Source: Nymphaea colorata (taxonomy: Eukaryota). Taken from it: a stretch of 64,000 bases of DNA. Made by a program: the position numbers and the translations under genes. The notes under the pieces are model-generated. The model ran no database searches. It had not been told where the DNA came from and saw only the letters and a list, made by a program, of their open reading frames with translations. Location of the stretch: assembly GCF_008831285.2 (NCBI RefSeq), contig NC_045138.2, positions 19,840,001 to 19,904,000 on the forward strand. The letters run 5' to 3'. Shown in pieces: positions 61,579 to 64,000 of this stretch (within the stretch, counting starts at the first letter, position 1; every line of letters begins with the position of its first letter).

Positions 61579-64000
61579 CACAATTCATTTAAGTTATAAT
61601 GGATGGTTAAGAGAAAAAAAAGAATAAGTCAGATCGAAGAAGGGATGCTGGACCGGCCCATTTGTGCCGTACTGTGGGCTATCCATTTTAGCGTCTGTCC
61701 CGTGGTACAGAGTGGGTTGTTCCCTTTAGTTGGTTGGTGCTGGTTGGGTGGTGGTTGCTAGGGTAGGAGGCCGCCGAATCGGATCTGGTTGAGATTTGGT
61801 GGGTCCGGATAAGGTTGCCTTTAGATAATGCAAACCCACCGACATTGCGTCATGAATTTGTATTCGGTTCCAAACCCGACATTCAGCTTTGACCCAACAA
61901 AAATGAGCTTCAGGCTTGGGATTGATGGTGTTATCTAAGTTGGATCCAAATCTGAATCCAAAATAGGGTTGCCAATCGTCACACCTGATTTAACAAAGGG
62001 CCTTCTTAAATTCGTGGTCTTACGACTCTTAACAAACTAAGGATTTAATAACCGTGGACTTGGTATTTGTTGTACATTAAATCATGGGATTTCAAATCAA
62101 AGAGAAGCGTTTTGACTTTGAGATCTATGGATTTCAAGATCTCGTTGCACCTGTCAAACATTGGATTTCATATCTTAAGTGGTCGTTTGGCATCAGTAAC
62201 AAATTGTTATTGTTCAATCAAACGGGTTCCAAGATTGGGCCATATGGGACCCCAGAAAAAAAAATGAAGCTTTTTGCTTCAAGTTCTCTTGTGCATATCC
62301 AGAAAACTACCTTTTCCAAATCACAAAATCAAAGCATTCTGTCTGTATCAAACTATAAATGGCTTGATGACAAAACCTGTTCTAGCAAGTTGGGATATAT
62401 TATATATCATCAATCTTTTCCCAACCAAGTGGCTCTATTTATTCCAGGTCTGACATGGTGCCCTATCCACAATCTAGGGTTTGGCAGATGTGGATGTGAA
62501 TGGGATTTCTCATTGCTCTCAAATTGGAGTTATGTGGCGCAAATAAGAGAAGCAGATTGAAGCCATAAATGCCCGGAATCCACCGATTCAGGCCGATTGT
62601 CGATGAAGCGGGGAAGGCCACGTGTCGTTCTCGGCGATGGTGAGAGAAAGAGCTTATATGCACTAATGTGTTAAGTATCTAAGTTGGCATGGGGGATATT
62701 TTCCCTCTCATGGAGCTCAAGCCTTATACCAAGTGGAAAATTTGATTAGGAGATCCGTCGTGTTTGATATCCAAGAGTTCTTTGATAAAGTAATGTGCAG
62801 ATGCAATTGCATGTTCAAACTACGTAGTTTGATAAAAAAAATCATGCATTAAAAACCCAAAATGTTCAAAACTATTAAATTTTCATAAATATACAGATTT
62901 AGTGATAATCATACACTAAGTTAATCATTTTTTTTAGTTTAAAATGCTTTTCTAGTAATCAGAAAATGAATGGCTCTCATGCCATCAAAATTTTCATAGT
63001 AGAAACGTACATGTTTTCCTTCAAAAACAACCTGAACTATAACATGTTCTTTATTGAACTAGTCTTTATAAACGTAGTATAAATGTTTATATTTACAAGA
63101 AATTAGAAGCTCTAGTTTTTGTCAGTTACTTATGTGGTTAACGTATGCCAACTTTATATATATATATATATATGACTCTATGTTCAAATATGTTTGATGG
63201 TAGGTAGTTAAAATATAAAATTATTGTAAACTATCAATATACCACAAAACTATCATTAATGCTTCTCTAAAAACTATATTCTAACAGCGAAATTTTAATT
63301 TTTAACCATCCAACAATATCCAATATCAAGCAAATTAATTAATCTATATCGTTAACGAACATAGTTTTTGGTAAGTAAAGTATGTAATTTTATTTTCTTT
63401 TGATAGAACTCTATTGTCAGCTGGTAAAATACAATAACACGTTTAATACCCTTTGAACTTAGGTTCAAAACTATTTATTTCTTTAATTTGCCGAAAAATA
63501 AAACGTTTAGTTGGTGAACGGGCCGAGATTGATTTGGATCAGGAAGGTCTAGAAAGGCGGCGACAAACGGTGACTGATCAGCCAATGGCAATGCACTAAA
63601 AGGCATTCTACGTGTCGCATGCATCCGAAAAAGTTTTTCACGGGACTTTTAATCCTCGAAATAGTGGAAGTGCGAATCCGAATTGACATTTGGACGATTG
63701 ATTTTTTTCACCTCCTTCTTCTTCTTATCAAGTAAGTAATATCCCTCTTCTTTAACCAGGTTCTGGATTCATCGACGAACTCCGGAGAACAATGAAAATT
63801 TCCACTTGGGCACTGTCTTTTGCCTACAATCCTAACCATCACCCCCTGTTTCTTGCTTTTCAGGAACATGCCTTAATTTTGTTGGTAATTGATAATTGAG
63901 ACATACCTCTGCCATTGGTTTTTATATCATGGAAAATTTATATTTTATGTGTAAATTTAAATAAAAGAACAATATCCAAAACATTGATTTTCATGCACTA

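Noticed and set aside
62084..62560. 158-aa plus-strand ORF
   Set aside because: No domain or splice support. It starts in repeat-like sequence similar to ~8590-8700 and ~60830.

Overview
Flowering-plant nuclear DNA with spliceosomal GT-AG genes, (TA)n/(CT)n microsatellites and many TE relics. Four protein-coding genes can be built exon by exon: a NEMP/PNET2-like inner nuclear membrane protein (minus strand, runs off the left edge), a RAD6-type ubiquitin-conjugating enzyme UBC1/2 (plus, 152 aa), an LRR-VI receptor-like pseudokinase (minus, ~784 aa) and a hypoxia-type plant cysteine oxidase PCO1/2 (minus, 290 aa) with HRPE-like motifs upstream. The most prominent element is a structurally complete, young Ty1/copia (Ale-like) retrotransposon at 260-5557. 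It has 249-bp LTRs with 1 mismatch, a CAAAC TSD, an intact polyprotein and a predicted shGAG intron, and it lies in sense orientation 46 bp inside an intron of the NEMP-like gene. Also present: a solo LTR nested in an old copia, a mitochondrial 26S rRNA fragment in a UBC intron, hAT MITEs with 8-bp TSDs, a non-autonomous PIF/Harbinger-like element with stacked palindromes, and several local duplication or fold-back scars. I found no convincing previously undescribed multi-gene system. Family assignments come from motif recall and have not been checked against a database.
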